Assembly: GCA_023515725.1 (NCBI GenBank)
Contig: JALDTO010000074.1
Location: 1 to 64,000 of the forward strand
Length of the DNA: 64,000 nucleotides
Origin: Amoeboaphelidium protococcarum X5
Taxonomy: Eukaryota; Fungi; Aphelidiomycota
Direction of reading: 5' to 3'
Positions 12,650 to 26,516 of the stretch are shown here, one piece after another. How positions within the stretch are numbered: the first letter of the stretch is position 1; each line of letters starts with the position of its first letter. The position numbers and the translations under genes are program-made. The notes beneath the pieces are model-generated. The model ran no database searches. It worked only from the letters and a program-made list of their open reading frames with translations, and was not told the origin of the DNA.

Positions 12650-13471
12650 ATGAGTGATTTATCAGATAGTGAGTATTCTAGTAGCGATTCAATTTCAGAA
12701 ATTCATAGTGATAGTGAAGGTAAAAGAAATGCTTATGAATAACTACAAGACATTCCGTTTGGAGATATCTTGCAGGTGAAGTAGAAGGCTGCGTAAATCG
12801 AAGGTGGCCATAATGACAATGATGATGATTATCAACCGGAATTTAATAAAAGAATAGACAATACAAATTCCGTGAATAATAAAAGAAAGCGAGCTAATAA
12901 AAATGCACCTATGGAAGTATCATCCAAGTATCCAGTGTCACGTAAACGGCAGGTGGTTGACGCGTCATTTCTACCAGATCACAAAGCTCGAGATCCGCGA
13001 TTTGATGCCATTTCCACCGCAACCGTGGATGATAAAGATAAACATCGCGAGGAGTTGTTCGCCCGGAGTTCATATTCATTTATCAAAGATTACCAGAAAT
13101 CTGAGATGGACATGTTGATAAAGTAGATTAAAAAGGAGCGAAATCCTGAGGAGAAAGAGCGATTGAATAAAGTCTTGTCCAGACTGAAGTCGCGCCTGGT
13201 GGAGGCTGATCGTCGAGAACGCCAATAAACTCTGAAACGAGAATGGAAGAAGAGTGAAGAGAATCGCGTTGGCGATGGTTAGAAGTAGAAGCAGTTCTAT
13301 CTGAAGAAGTCTGATATCAAGAAGTTGGAGGTGATCGACCAGTACAAATAGCTTAAAGCTAAAGGCAATTCCGATAAGATTGTCGATAGAATCATGGAGA
13401 AGAAGCGCAAGAAGAACATGTCGAAAGATAAAGCGACAAACATTGGTGACTTTAAAAAGAGGTATCGGTGA
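12650..13471 (+). CDS. RRP36: rRNA biogenesis protein Rrp36, 273 aa
   Basis: KNAPMEVSSKYPVSRKR, RDPRFD, YSFIKDYQKSE, FYLKKSDIKK, MEKKRKKN; TGA 13469. Confidence 0.9.
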
Positions 13472-13743
13472 GTTACTGTATTGTCAATGATCGTGTCCTG
13501 AAAAGAATGATTTGATTACCATGCTGCGTTTAGGATAGCAAAATCCAAGATGCCTTTCAGAATGCACGAATAATTAGACCTGATATTGTAGAATTATTTT
13601 TCATTACGTAAACTTTCTTTCCGGGTAACTTGAACAAAATTTGTTTTCACGCGGCGCTCTGTTTGATCTGGAACCGCCGTCTTTTCAGTTTCTCTGTTGA
13701 TATAAGATTGGTTCAATTCGTGCACAATTAGAATTATAATACA

Positions 13744-14120
13744 ATGTCAACTAATCGCTCTGTGATATTATTGCTTTTACTTGGAGGAGTAGCTATTGCC
13801 ACTAATCCGGATGAAAGATCATTCTAAAAGTATGTCGAAACTGATCTTAAGGAATAAGGAGCCACTTGGATCGAGCAGCAGGTGGTATCTAGAGCCTCAT
13901 CATTGATTTACCGCAGAAAGGTAAGAAATTTTTTTTAATAACTTGTTTATTAATATGCAGTTTAAGTTTTTTTCTAATCGAGATAATATTGTAGGATTTT
14001 AAATTCTTCAGTCTGGTCAAAGTTGATGCTGATGAGATATACTACGTTGGTTGTTTCAGCCACTGGTTCGCTATTCCCTCTTGGGCTTTGATCAAAAGGA
14101 TTATGGATGCATAAAGATGA
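13744..14120 (+). CDS. Small N-anchored protein, DUF4359-like, 100 aa, intron 13921-13994
   Basis: Hydrophobic N-terminus then ATNPDERSFQKYV...RRKDFKFFSLV...YYVGCFSHWF; GTAAG..TGTAG intron; TGA 14118. Confidence 0.65.
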
Positions 14121-14168
14121 AATATTAAATTTGTATTTTTATAGACATACGGCGAAAATGAATTGTAT

Positions 14169-15263
14169 TCACATTTACTAATCCTCTTCATCTGGGACAA
14201 TTTCCTAATAATCATCTCCCGATCTGCGCCAGACTTTGACCAGACCGTCGTCAGCTGTTGAGGCAAGCATAGATCCTGAAAAATTCCAAGCGAGACGCCA
14301 TACAGGCTCGTCTTGATGTGACAATGATGTTTGTAGTTGAACGCTATATAACGCGGAATTGGTCGATGGTTGCGACTACTACTAATATGCGGAAGTGTAA
14401 CTCACCATATACACTCGAATATATCCATCTTTGCAAGCGGTAGCTATTATCTCATACGGCCGTCCTACTTGAGGACTCCAAGCAACATCATAGATAATAT
14501 CTTAATGTCCATAAAGAGTTTCCGTTTAACTATTATGAGTCCATTTCTTGGAGTCATCATCGTAATGGTATATCCTAGCAACTTGCTCTTTACCGCAAGC
14601 CACCACCAGAGACGGAGGTAGATACTTGTTGTGGCACCAACTTAAAGAATACAAAACACCAGATTCCTTAACGCTACTACTACTGCCTGGTTGTTGAATA
14701 GAACTACTCGCACCTGTGCACTCAAATTCGTCAGTCAAGGTCCAATGAGCCAAGTTAATGACATCCATAGCTTCATAAATACGTATGACTCCCTCAGCGG
14801 AGACGGTCGCTAATTTCAGTCCGAGAAATCGCGGCGAAAACTATATGCTGTGCACAGTACCACGACTATCTACTAGCCGGGCCTTCTCTATCCAGCGACC
14901 AGACTTCTGGATTTAATTTAGACTGCGGCTTGATAATGCTACAGGTACAGGTGCTGGATTATTGACATATGCGTCTGGCTATTCCTCCCAGATACGAACA
15001 CTGCGATCAGATGACGCGGAAGCCAGCACTTGTCCATACTCTGGATGTGCCCAGTCCACCTTCAAAACGGACGCATCGTGAGCCTTCCACGTATCGCTCA
15101 ATTCCCACTTGTAACCTCCGTCTTAACCGTGGACTTTCACCTTATCCCATACTTTTAATCGTTGATCGGAGGAGCAAGTAACCATTCGCTTCCCATAATA
15201 ATTAACCGCTATATCGTGCACCAGATCTTGATGTTAATGCTTAAATTCGGCTATAGAGTTCAT
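14169..15263 (-). CDS. SEH1: Nucleoporin Seh1 (WD40), 364 aa
   Basis: [91 protein letters not shown]. Confidence 0.93.
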
Positions 15264-15387
15264 ATTTTATGGTTTTCACAATAAAGTGTAATGCCAATTG
15301 AGATTTTGATTTGCAAAATATGAAAGTAAACCTAAGAGAAAAATACTAAATCAAGATGATCGGATATCAATTCAATCATTCAAAGCG

Positions 15388-17511
15388 TCACTCTTAAGAG
15401 GGAAGCACACGAGACTTTAAACGGTCCAGTAGACTGCTATTATTCTATTCAGCAGGTTGTTAACCAGAAACTTGATGATTGAAGGTTGATTCAAAATCAT
15501 CATATGACATGTTCAGCCCATTGCCTCTGAAAGTGAAGCCAAGGAAGGACTTTGTCACGGCACCTTTTATAGCTCTATCTCGCGTAAATATGTCTTCAAT
15601 ATTGCCAGATTATTAACTATCTTACTTCTTGTGAAGGTCTTTGTAAATCTGCATCGCCTTGGGATCATTAAAGTCATCAAAGTATGATCGATCAAATTCA
15701 GAATTTAACTTGGGTACAAAAGGAGGTTGAATAGAGCAGTTCTTGCTCTTGATGTTCTACCAAAAGCATCCGGATTAGCCTGCTTGTATTACCGGTTTGC
15801 GAAAATGTTTACGATCTTGGGCTGATACAACGCGACTTGACTCTTGCAATTTTATATTAATCGACGAAAACCACGGATGCTGCGACAACTGATCAATAGA
15901 TTAAAGACGTCTGCTGTGAAAGGTGATCAATGATGTGATCAGATCCCAAGCTTCATCAGACAGATTAAACTCCGCGTCCTCACCTTCAGGATCATAGTAT
16001 GGACGATCCAGCGTAGATTGCCAATTGTAGAGATTTAGCCAAACTTCTTCTATAGTTGGTGCAGCGAACGGAGGATATCCAGATAAGAATTCAAATATCA
16101 TACAACCGAGAGACCAATAATCAACGGAGAAATCATAACCTTGTGCAAATGTTGATTACGTTGGTGAAGTGTTATTCTAAGAGTATGCAACAACTTCTGG
16201 TGCCATATAATCAGGACTACCGACAAGAGTAAATGCTCTTCCGGTAGCTGTCTAAAACTACCTGTCATGAAGTCTTTTAGTCGCGAAAGCGCGCTTCTAA
16301 TAGCTGCTGTACTTTATAATGTTAGCATCACTCAGCGCCTCCAGCTTCACCTTCATACTCTCATATCCCATCCGAACTCTCAGTGGACCACTGCATAAAC
16401 CAAAATCTGTCAACTTCAAGTGTCCTTATGCATCAACTAGAAAATTTTCCGGCTTCAAATCTCTATGAATGTATCCAATCTGATGTAAAGCATCAATAGC
16501 TAAAGCCATTTCAATCGCATAAAAAGCAGCAACTTCCTCAAGCAATATACCTCTCGTGTTCAATAATGTCCTCAAATCTCCACCAGGTACGTACTCCATT
16601 GCAAAATATACACTCTAAGAATCTTGAAATGCACAATACATCTGTACAAGCCATTGGGATTTACTACTTTAAGACAGCACGTCTCTCTCACTTTAAATAT
16701 GGTCAGACTCGCCCATTTTGTTCAACAACTCCTTCGACATGACTTTTAGAGCCACCACTTTTTATGAAGATTACTAGTCCTGACTGATACCATGCATTTG
16801 TAATTATGCCAGATATACTCGACCATAGCCACCTTGACCAATCTGGGAGAGTATTTTAAAAGACTGATTACGAGGTCTCTACCTTCTCAAGCGCATGAAC
16901 TGCGTCTCCTTTTACGTGTAAATCTTCCACTATTTTTAATACTCCACAGAATCCCAATGATAAGATCTGGCATCCTCCTTGAAATCGCTCAATCGCTGCT
17001 TACGGTCATGTAAATAACTTAGCAGATTATAGTAGTAATCAATAAAATACTTGTCAGCAACGGCACATTTGCGCGCAGTCTCAGGAGCACAAGTCAGTCT
17101 TCCAATTCTTTATGATGTGGATTAACTTTGACTACCTGGTTCATTAATGGACGATGATGTTAGTTAAGATACCACAGATTTTTGCTCTTAAGCACGAGTT
17201 CCAGCATTTTTCTACTGAGTGGACGAGTGAGCAAAGGATTGTTCAGTCTCGGCGTGGATAGTGATTAACCTTGCAGACTCGGTGACAGCATCCCACTGCT
17301 CCTTCGGTTCGTATTAAATATCACTTCCTGTATGCAAAGAGAGGGACACCAAATCAGACTACAATTAATCTGTAGGCAATCTCAGCATATCGCTTTAATA
17401 TAAATCTGATGAAGAGGACTATTATTGTTTTGTGGAAGGGACATCCGGCAGTAGTTTCTCATACTAAGCAATAATTTGATCTATGGAGGTGACAGTTTCA
17501 GTGCGCTGCAT
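15388..17511 (-). CDS. DBF2: Dbf2/Sid2-like NDR-family Ser/Thr kinase (start codon uncertain)
   Basis: YFIDYYYNLLSY, FKILSQIGQGGYGRVYLA, HRDLKPENF, TLVGSPDYMAPE, DYWSLGC, hydrophobic motif FLGFTFR; TGA 15388-15390; 17511 is the most upstream in-frame ATG before an in-frame TGA near 17592. Confidence 0.9.
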
Positions 17512-17922
17512 TGTCGAATAGGATATATAGTCTAAGTTGTTTGAGCTTATAACAGCGGATGTCAATGTTGGACCAGAATAAAAATTGATTCAGAGCTATG
17601 AGAATACTGTTCTGTACTCTTTTGATAAGATGAGGCAACATATGTTTGATCACTCCCCACAAGATTGGTCGGTATCCACGACGTTTAATCTTTGCGAGAA
17701 CTGTTTGTTTCAAGTCTCTTCGTGAACTACTTTACTGTAACAGACTTGCGTGATTTTTACTATCAACACTTGGAATAAAGATGGTCTCGGTAGAATACGA
17801 CCAATATTCGTTCAAAAGAATTGCAAAATTTTTTGATATACAAGCAATATTCATTCATTCATTTCATATTTCATACTTCATAACAATATCAGCAAGCAAA
17901 GCAATATCTATGCAAAGTTGGA

Positions 17923-19986
17923 TCAATCATTCTACTTCTTGGCGAAAAATACTTCAATACGATAGGCAATGTCGCGTTATACACGCTTGCCTTGATACGT
18001 GATAATATTCTCAAATATTTGCTCCTTGGTACAGTACTCCCAGACAGTTTCACTTACCGCATCAGACTTGAAATTCAACTCCTAAATCTCTCTCATCATC
18101 AGAACCAGATTACTTACACTGTTCTACCCAAAGTGTTAAACGGCAATTACAGCCATGTCTTCAGACAGTTAGTAATCAATCTTCCTGATAAAGTCCAGTA
18201 AGGCGGCAATAAAACTTCCACTGCAGCCACATTTTTCCTCTAATAATAGCTACCAAAAGAACTTTTCTATAACCACAAGAGGCTCAGGATACATATCAAA
18301 TAAATCAGATATAAGGATGGTAGCGTACTAAACTGCCGTTGCGCGTTTTCTAGGATGTCCAAGTTTAAAATCCATATATCTGCGCTCAGCATCACTCAGG
18401 CTATAATACTTATTGTTAGTATCAAACATTCCACCAATAGTGCCGAAATAAGACGACAGTGACTTTAAGGACTTCCGATAGAACTAATCTCCATCTTGGC
18501 ATAATAGCTCTTGAAACAAAATCTATATGGTAACTAGATTATACGTGTTAATGTATTATTCATAATTCGACATATAATCCTCAATCACAACCTTAAGACT
18601 ATAGATAAGCCTAGTCTTGTTGTCCTTCCACAGAACATTATTTATCTCAGAAAAATGCAAATCGGTTCGAATTCTAATCTTAGTCAATATCTTTATGATT
18701 GATTGTGCAGTTCTAAATTCATTTCTAATCAGTTGTTCGACTAAAATGCAGTATAACTCATTAGAATCTTGACGAAGCATTCCATAATGTTACAGAGCAG
18801 CAGCTAAAAGACTAATAAGTTTACTCTAAGATACACTCTAGCGTAATGCAGGTAAGACAAGGTCATTAAACAACTGTTAAGGAATCAATTCGAAAACTTA
18901 AGTTCCCCATTTTGACAGCCCATCAGTTTCTTGGTCGCGATTAGGATACAATCCATGATTCCACCTGCCTTCTAATTGACTAGCACCTAGAATACCAAAC
19001 TCATCGTCTTAGACATCATCATTAGTCATAGCAGTAGCCACCTATTAAGCCAACATTCGGACGCATTCCTCCTTTGAAACTTTACCACTATCAATCAGAG
19101 AATTGACACACAAAAACTTGACCCTTAAATCCGGCTAAGTTTACATATATTCAACAATACGCGTGACAAAAGTAAAACATTGATTCGCCATATAAAACTA
19201 TAGGAATTTTCCGGGGCAATAACGATACTTGAACGTTAATTCATCTTCAATCTCCTAGTCAGTTAGCCGGAAATCCATTTCCTTGAATCGTTCATGGTAT
19301 CTAAACTCATAAAATATGTAATCAAGCCCCTAAGTCAATATGACCTCTTCAAATATACAAAATTTTCTGCAATCCAATTAGAGAATCTGGCCTGCATTAA
19401 CATTTACTTAACTACATCTATAGTCATAGATGAAAGTTTATGCGAATTCCGAACTGTTCAGACACAGGACCTCCATGTCCTCTTCAATCGCGCGCTACGG
19501 GTACTAGAAAAGTTAGCTCTGATACCTTTTATTACCGAATAGAGACCGCTTATCATCGACATTGGAATCGGAAAATTCAAAATACTCGGATATAGCTTCG
19601 ACCCAGTTTGGATTAATGTCTTATAGGCATAGTGTTTAAGCAGTACGATCGCTGATAGAACCGGATTTGATATGATGCAAAAACTCTCTCAAACAATCAT
19701 AATCACCTACATCTTCAACCATAAAGTACGCATAATCGTTAACAGACTGCAATCCTAAATAAGCGTGATTAATGACACGCAAAGATGTTAAGCAAGGCCC
19801 GTAGTATTTCCAGTAACAGTTTCTGACAAACCACCTATCAGTCTTGATAAACAGGTCCATTGGCGCGCAAGTCATTGATAGTTATAGTAAATCTTTAGGT
19901 CTTAGATAGGAAGACAATGTAGAATCTGGCAGATCCAAGATTTGATCAAACAACTCACTCTAACTCTCTTCGAACTTACGTTTCAT
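17923..19986 (-). CDS. Hypothetical protein, 687 aa, possible N-terminal F-box-like motif
   Basis: Long open frame with TAR=Gln joining track ORFs 19636..19875 and 18556..18780; N-terminus ILDLPDSTLSSYLRPKDLLQLSMTC resembles an F-box. Confidence 0.6.
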
Positions 19987-20197
19987 ATTTTAATGCTGTC
20001 ACGTTGCAGATCAATTGTCGATCAAACAGAATAAGGAGAGAGAATAACTGACGCAAAACGGGTCGGCAGACACGTCATCGCGATACATAATCATGATGCA
20101 AAAAGAGAAGCACTAGTGTGGCATTAAAACAACGCTGTCGTAAGCTTATACCAATCTGGTCCGAGAAGAAAAGCTCACTATTAAGTATCAGTTTTAG

Positions 20198-21325
20198 TCA
20201 ATGTTAAATCATACTAGATGTAACCAGCTCTTCAAGTTCATTCAACGAAGGCTCTCTTGTTAGACCATTTTGAAGAACGATGCCGATTGCATTTGAAGCT
20301 GGAACTAAGACCAAGACACCATCGCGTTCAACCTCACGAAAGACTTTGTCAGGAGTGGGTCGTTGCAGTTTGTTGGTAGCGATGGTCGACTTTGTAAATA
20401 TGCCAGTTTCCTGGAACAATTTCATCAATTTCGCAGTAGCAGCGTCGTCATTTCCACAAGATTCTTCAACGAGTCTGATAGCAGCAAATATGGCACCGCA
20501 CAAGTGAATACCAATCACTTCTCTGGCATCTCCACCAGCTTACAGGTCAATCCTTGCAGAACGACACAGTTTTTCATAATCAGCTGGAACTCCACCAAGC
20601 ACGGCAAACACAATATCATCCAAGCCAGCATTTTTAGTAAACTTGAACAAATCCTGAAGCTAAACAATTTTCCATATCATCCCCCTTGTCATTGGCTTGA
20701 TATCAATGACATCTTCGCGTTTTGTTCGAAAAAGAGTTTCATCGAGAGAATTTGGTGAACCATACACGACCACACGAAGGTGGTAATCCTCAACCAAAGT
20801 TCTCACAGCTCCAGTTAGACAGGCATATTCTTGACCAACTTTGCGTTCAGTCGCGTTGATAACAACGATTGGAGAACGTCCAAGGGTAAAGATTCGGTAC
20901 CAGAATATCACTCCTGGCGCTGAGTTAAGTGGATTCATAAATTTGAACGGCGGATTAGCCAATTCTTGAAGGGCGTTTTTGATGATGATGTCTTCGCTAT
21001 GCTGTGGTTAAGCTTTCACCCTGATCACTCCTGCTGTCTTACTAGTAGCTGTATTGAGCAAACAAGTTTTTCCGACACCCTTTTCGCCAGTAACCACCAG
21101 ATAGCTTTGGCCAAAGTCTTTATCAGCTAATTTGCTTTTGAGTATCGCAATTTCTTCGCGTCTGATAGACTAAGGATTCGGCTTGAACGCGACACGAGAG
21201 CGCAATGCTAACCAGACTGCCCTTCCTGGGCCAATACGTGAAACTAAACCAGCAGCTGATACAGCAACTCCGCCAGCAGTGAAAAGAAGTAACAATTCCT
21301 CGACATTTTAGACGATAGCATTCAT
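20198..21325 (-). CDS. Membrane-anchored P-loop NTPase-like protein, 375 aa
   Basis: N-terminal hydrophobic segment, Walker A YLVVTGEKGVGKT, degenerate Walker B IVVINATE, VLGGVP motif; joins track ORFs 20660..20962 and 20204..20518; TGA 20198. Confidence 0.75.
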
Positions 21326-21693
21326 CACGTGCTCCTTTGGTCTTTTGATTCGTAAAAGCGGAATAAGTCAATGATCCCTATGGAACGATAATTTGTGATC
21401 AAGTCCGCGTTTATTCCCCACTTTATATAGACATTGATACCAGTGGAGGCTAAAGTTGTATTTTATTAATGTTTCTATAACAGCCAAACTTCACCATCCA
21501 TGGCAAGTGTAGTCTTAGTACATACTACCATGCTCCCGCGATCAATGAGTCAGTCACTGCGACTAATCTGTTGAGCGTTTCACTCTGTCGATTTGTCACG
21601 CGGCGACCTTACCTCTCCTTTCATTGTAACTTTTCTTCGTCATTCATTCATTATATACAGTATAGTGACAGACAAAATACAACACACCGTGTA

Positions 21694-23265
21694 ATGAGTT
21701 GGAAAGGATTTAAAAAGGCTGTGAATCGCCTGCCTCATCAGTTCCAGTCTAATATGGGCATGGTAGATTAGTCCATATAGACTAAGGATGAAGAGTTTGA
21801 TTTTTACAAGTAGCAATTTGAGGATCTCAATGCACTGACTTTGAAGTTATAGGACGCCTCTGCCAAGTATAAGGAATCTGTGGCCAAAATGCTTAATCAT
21901 CAGGTGTCCTTTGCAAAGACTATGGTTGAGGTGTATGAGGAGATTGAGGCTCGTAAATTTGGCAGTAGTTCCAGTATTCCCGAGTCTTCCAGTGGTAGAT
22001 GGGGCGTCAAGAGGAAAGATGATAGCTAGCGAGTGTTGACGGATGAGCAGAGCATGGACCGCGTAAAGAAATTGGTTCAAGTGGCAGAAGTTGTCTAGGA
22101 ATCTATATCTCCTCAGCTGGATGTTGTCATTGATAGGACTGTTGTGTAGCCATGTTTAGACTACATCCAACTCCACAAGCTGGTTAATAAAGTGCTGGTC
22201 AAGAGAGATCATAAGAAGGTTGATTTGGATCGTCATCAGGCGGACTTGAAAAAGGTCAGAGACAAGGTGTAGTAGGAGAATAAGATTGGAGATGACCGCA
22301 AGATTGCGAAGGCTGAGCATGCTGTGGAGAATGCGTATAGAGAGTATGATCAGTATAATGCCTTGCTTAAGGAGCAACTACCTCATTATATCAACTATCG
22401 TATCCAGTTTGTTGATCCTATTCTCCACTCCTTGCTGGCATTCCATTCTCATTTATTCATACAGATGTATCAGATTATGTATTCCGATAAAGGTGTGTGC
22501 TACATGGTGGATACGTCTGTGGATGTTGTGGCTGGATATGAGTACTCCAAGGCTGATATCGAGGCTCTGATTGAACCAATATCTCTGTTTAAGGGACTGA
22601 ATTTGAGAAAGGGATCGTCGTAGAGTGGTTAGAGATTGAGTATTACATCTGGTGCTGAATAGGAATTTGATAGCCCTGACGATGCATAAAGTCTCCCGCC
22701 GTACTCTCCACCTTATCAGAGTCAGCAATTGTCTTCATCTGGTACATCTGTTAATCAGAGTAGAAGTAGCTTTAGTGCCAGCAGCTCTACTGCAATGTCT
22801 AAGCCGCCTGCATTTAGAAATACATCCGTTCCTGTGGGTGGGGCATCTGCTAATCATAATCCATTTATAACTTCGCCAAAAAAATCATCATCTTCTTCTT
22901 CCGTACAGAAACCACCTAGATGGAATTAGAATACTTATGGTGCTTCTGGAAATTAATAGTAGAGCTCGCTGTAGGCAGCAGCAGCTGCTAAATCTAAACC
23001 TCCACCACCAAAGCCAAAGCCAACGTTCTTGCAAGATTCTACTGCACCGCCACCTCTGTCGCCAAGAACTTCATTGTCTAGCCCGCCGTAATAAAGAGCT
23101 GTTGCTTTATACGAGTTCACTGCGCAGTAAGATGGTGATTTGTCTTTCTAGGTAAACGATGTGATTGAAGTCTTGGAGCGTACGTCTGACCCGAATGGAT
23201 GGTGGAAGGGACGCCTGAATGGCAAAGTTGGTGTATTCCCTGGTACTTACGTGAAGCTCCAATGA
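21694..23265 (+). CDS. RVS167: Amphiphysin-like BAR-SH3 protein Rvs167, 523 aa
   Basis: [39 protein letters not shown] motifs; Pro/Ser-rich linker; SH3 [15 protein letters not shown]...[18 protein letters not shown]. Confidence 0.9.
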
Positions 23266-23447
23266 AGAAGCAAAGTAGACTTTTATTAAAACATAGTATC
23301 ATCTTGGATCTTTCTTTTATTGCTGTCATAATTTTTATCTCTGTTGTCAGAGCATCGCTCTTCTTCTTTACATCATCGACGTGAAAGTTCTTTGACTTTT
23401 CGGGTTTACTAGCTTGGAAGTAAAGCGTCTTCTTGTATAGCAAATTA

Positions 23448-25802
23448 ATGTATAGTAAGCTAATTGAAAGACTGCGAACAGCGTAGTAAGTTTTGGGCAG
23501 ACCGAAGCTGACGTTGACTGAGAAGATCATCTTGTCCCATCTGGATGACTCCACTTTGAAGCAGATCAAGTAAGGACTACAAATCCGTCGCGGAGAGAGC
23601 TATGTATACTTGAGACCTGATCGAGTGGCTATGCAGGACGCCTCTGCTTAGACTGCCTTGCTGTAGTTTTATCTTATAAATCGCGCATAGTCCGCAGTTC
23701 CAGTGTCCATTCACTGTGACCATTTGATCCGCGCTCAGTCTTCACTTGGGGATCACGATGACTCTATGAGGAGTTAGAAAGCGTCCGATCCGAATGTTGG
23801 ATATAAAGACTTGGATAAATCATTGCGTGATGAACATGAAGTGTACGAATTCTTGAGGAGCTGTGCCAGGAAGTGGGGTCTTGACTTTTGGAAGCCTGGT
23901 AGTGGTATCATTCACCAGATCGTGCTTGAAAACTATGCAATGCCGGGATAGATGATGCTGGGCACTGATTCTCACACTCCTAATGCTGGCGGATTATCCA
24001 TGATGGCTATAGGTGTTGGCGGAGCGGATGCTGTTGATGTGATGGGTGGAATGCCGTGGGAATTGAAGATGCCGCGTGTGCTCGGTGTCAAGTTGACTGG
24101 TAAGCTGAACTAGTGGGCAAGTCCTAAGGATGTCATTCTTCAACTGGCTGGTATGCTGACTGTCAAGGGTGGCACCGGATACGTGATTGAGTATTTTGGA
24201 GATGGTGTTGCATCTCTTTCATGTACCGGAATGGCTACCATGTGTAATATGGGAGCTGAGGTTGGATGCACGACTTCTATATTTCCATTTACATAATCCA
24301 TGTTTAGATACTTGAATGCCACAAACAGATCTGATGCTGCTTCATAAGCTTAGCGCTTAAATAGCGAGATTGGATACTTATAAGCTGATATGGTGGGTGA
24401 TTAGTTATAATAGGAGCAGCTGTATGATAAAGTGATTGAGATTGATCTGTCAAAAGTGGAGCCGCATGTTAATGGCCCATTCAGTCCAGATTTGGCTATC
24501 CCGATTTCCAAGTTGAAGTAGATGGCTAGTGATAACGGTTGGCCACTCACTATAGAGGCGGCCTTGATAGGTTCATGCACCAACTCTAGCTATCAGGACA
24601 TGTCGAGAGCTGCATCGATAGCCAAGTAAGCTGTTGATCGAGGCCTGCAAAGCTAAAGTTAATTCTTAGTAACTCCTGGTTCGCGTCAGATCAGGTCGAC
24701 GATTGAGCGTGATGGCCAGCTCGAAGTATTTCAAGGCATTGGTGCTTAAGTTCTGTCTAATGCTTGTGGGCCATGCATTGGAATGTGGTAGCGTCGTAAT
24801 GAGATTCCCAAGGATCAACCAAATGTTATTCTGACTAGTTATAATCGAAATTTCAGAGGGCGTAATGATGGGAATGTGAATACAATGAACTTTTTGGCAT
24901 CTCCAGAGATTGTCACTGCAATGTCTTTAGCTGGTAGAATGGATTTTAATCCTATTACAGATGAGATCACTACCGCGGATGGTACTAAATTGAAATTATA
25001 AACACCTAATGGAGAAGAGTTACCGCAAGAAGGATTCGTATCCTCTGTAAGCTCATGTGAATAATACACACCTAATCCTAGTGAGTAAATTGAGATAGAT
25101 CCTAAATCTGATCGACTCCAATTGTTATAACCTTTTGATAGATGGAATGGAGATGAGTTGACTGAAGTGCCGGTACTTGTCAAAGTGTCAGGCAAATGCA
25201 CCACCGATCATATAAGTGCTGCAGGTAATTGGTTGAAGTACAAAGGTCATTTGGAGAACATTGCTTAGAATACCTTGATTGGAGCTCTGAATGCTTTCAC
25301 TTCTACTGTGAATCAGGCGGTGGATGTATTCTCAAAGTAGCGGGAGTCACACTCGATCCCCGCATTGGCTGCCAAATATAGTCGTCAGTATGGTAAAAGT
25401 TGGATCGTCGTGGCTGAAGATAATTATGGTGAGGGATCTGCTAGAGAACATGCTTCTTTATAGCCGCGATATCTTGGTTGTAAGATGATTATTGCCAAGT
25501 CGTTTGCCAGAATTCATGAGACTAATTTGAAAAAGCAGGGAATCATACCGCTGACTTTTGCGAATCCACAGGATTATGATAAGATTACGCAAACATCTTT
25601 GATCAGCACAAATGGATTGGTAGATTTGCTCTCAGATGTGAGGGATCAACAGAGTGGCACCATTGAATTGACTGTGAGAGATCTTGAAGATCCTGAGCGC
25701 GTCTTTACCATCTAAGCGCGTCACTCTCTGAGCCCTATACAGAAGCAGTACATTAAACATGGATCGGCTCTGAACTATATTCGCAATGAAGCACAAGCAT
25801 GA
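23448..25802 (+). CDS. ACO2: Aconitase, fungal Aco2/AcoB type, 784 aa
   Basis: [14 protein letters not shown] (ASA as in Aco2), [71 protein letters not shown]. Confidence 0.93.
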
Positions 25803-25959
25803 AATACATTTGTGAAATTGAGATTTGATTTTTATTACGATTGCTTTATCCTTAACTTGATATTTAGGAGCGACTGAGTTCAACTCCCTCTCGGTGCCTG
25901 CTGCCAAGCTTTCGTCGCGTCTCTTATCGAAAAACGACGAAGTATCGCACTTTTCGAAA

Positions 25960-26516
25960 ATGCCTTTTCCGAATGTACCAGGTCATGTCCCTGCAGGCTG
26001 GAACGATCCAGATGCTCAGCTGTTCGCAAGATCTCCCACACCTGGCTCATAAACTTCTGGCGCTGGATCTAACCGTGGAAGTGGTGCTGTTGATGCGCTG
26101 AGCGTAGATTTATTATCTGGTGATTAAATCATAGCTTAGGTGTAAGAAATATTGGCCTATTGTAAGCAGCGAGTGGACTAAAATAACTCTATGCAAAGTA
26201 AAATGCTGGATGATACTGATAAAAAGCTATCTACACAGCTAAGAGTCGAATCTTTGAATGGCGATCAAGATTCATGTCGCCTCCTATCTGAATACCTTTA
26301 GCGTAAGTTTAATTGCTTTGCTGCTTTATATGAATATCAATAGGTGATTATATAAGCTGTGTTATTGTAGATCTATAAGGTTGTAATTACGTTGAAGCGT
26401 AGAAAGTTGTGTCTCAGCTCATGAGGCAAAAGTACTCGTCGGACTCTGCATCAAATCAATGGGTTCTGGCACTGAAGCGGTTAACCGACCTGCATAAAAA
26501 TTGCAGTTAAAATTGA
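25960..26516 (+). CDS. SRA1/Sec31 C-terminal-like protein, 162 aa, intron 26303-26370
   Basis: PAGWNDP N-terminal motif, KMLDDTDKKL and WVLALKRL helical-domain motifs; GTAAGT..TGTAG intron. Confidence 0.75.

Noticed and set aside
15388-19986. Possible fusion of the F-box-like protein with the Dbf2 kinase (same frame)
   Set aside because: In-frame TGA at 17923-17925 and further TGAs before the kinase start separate them.
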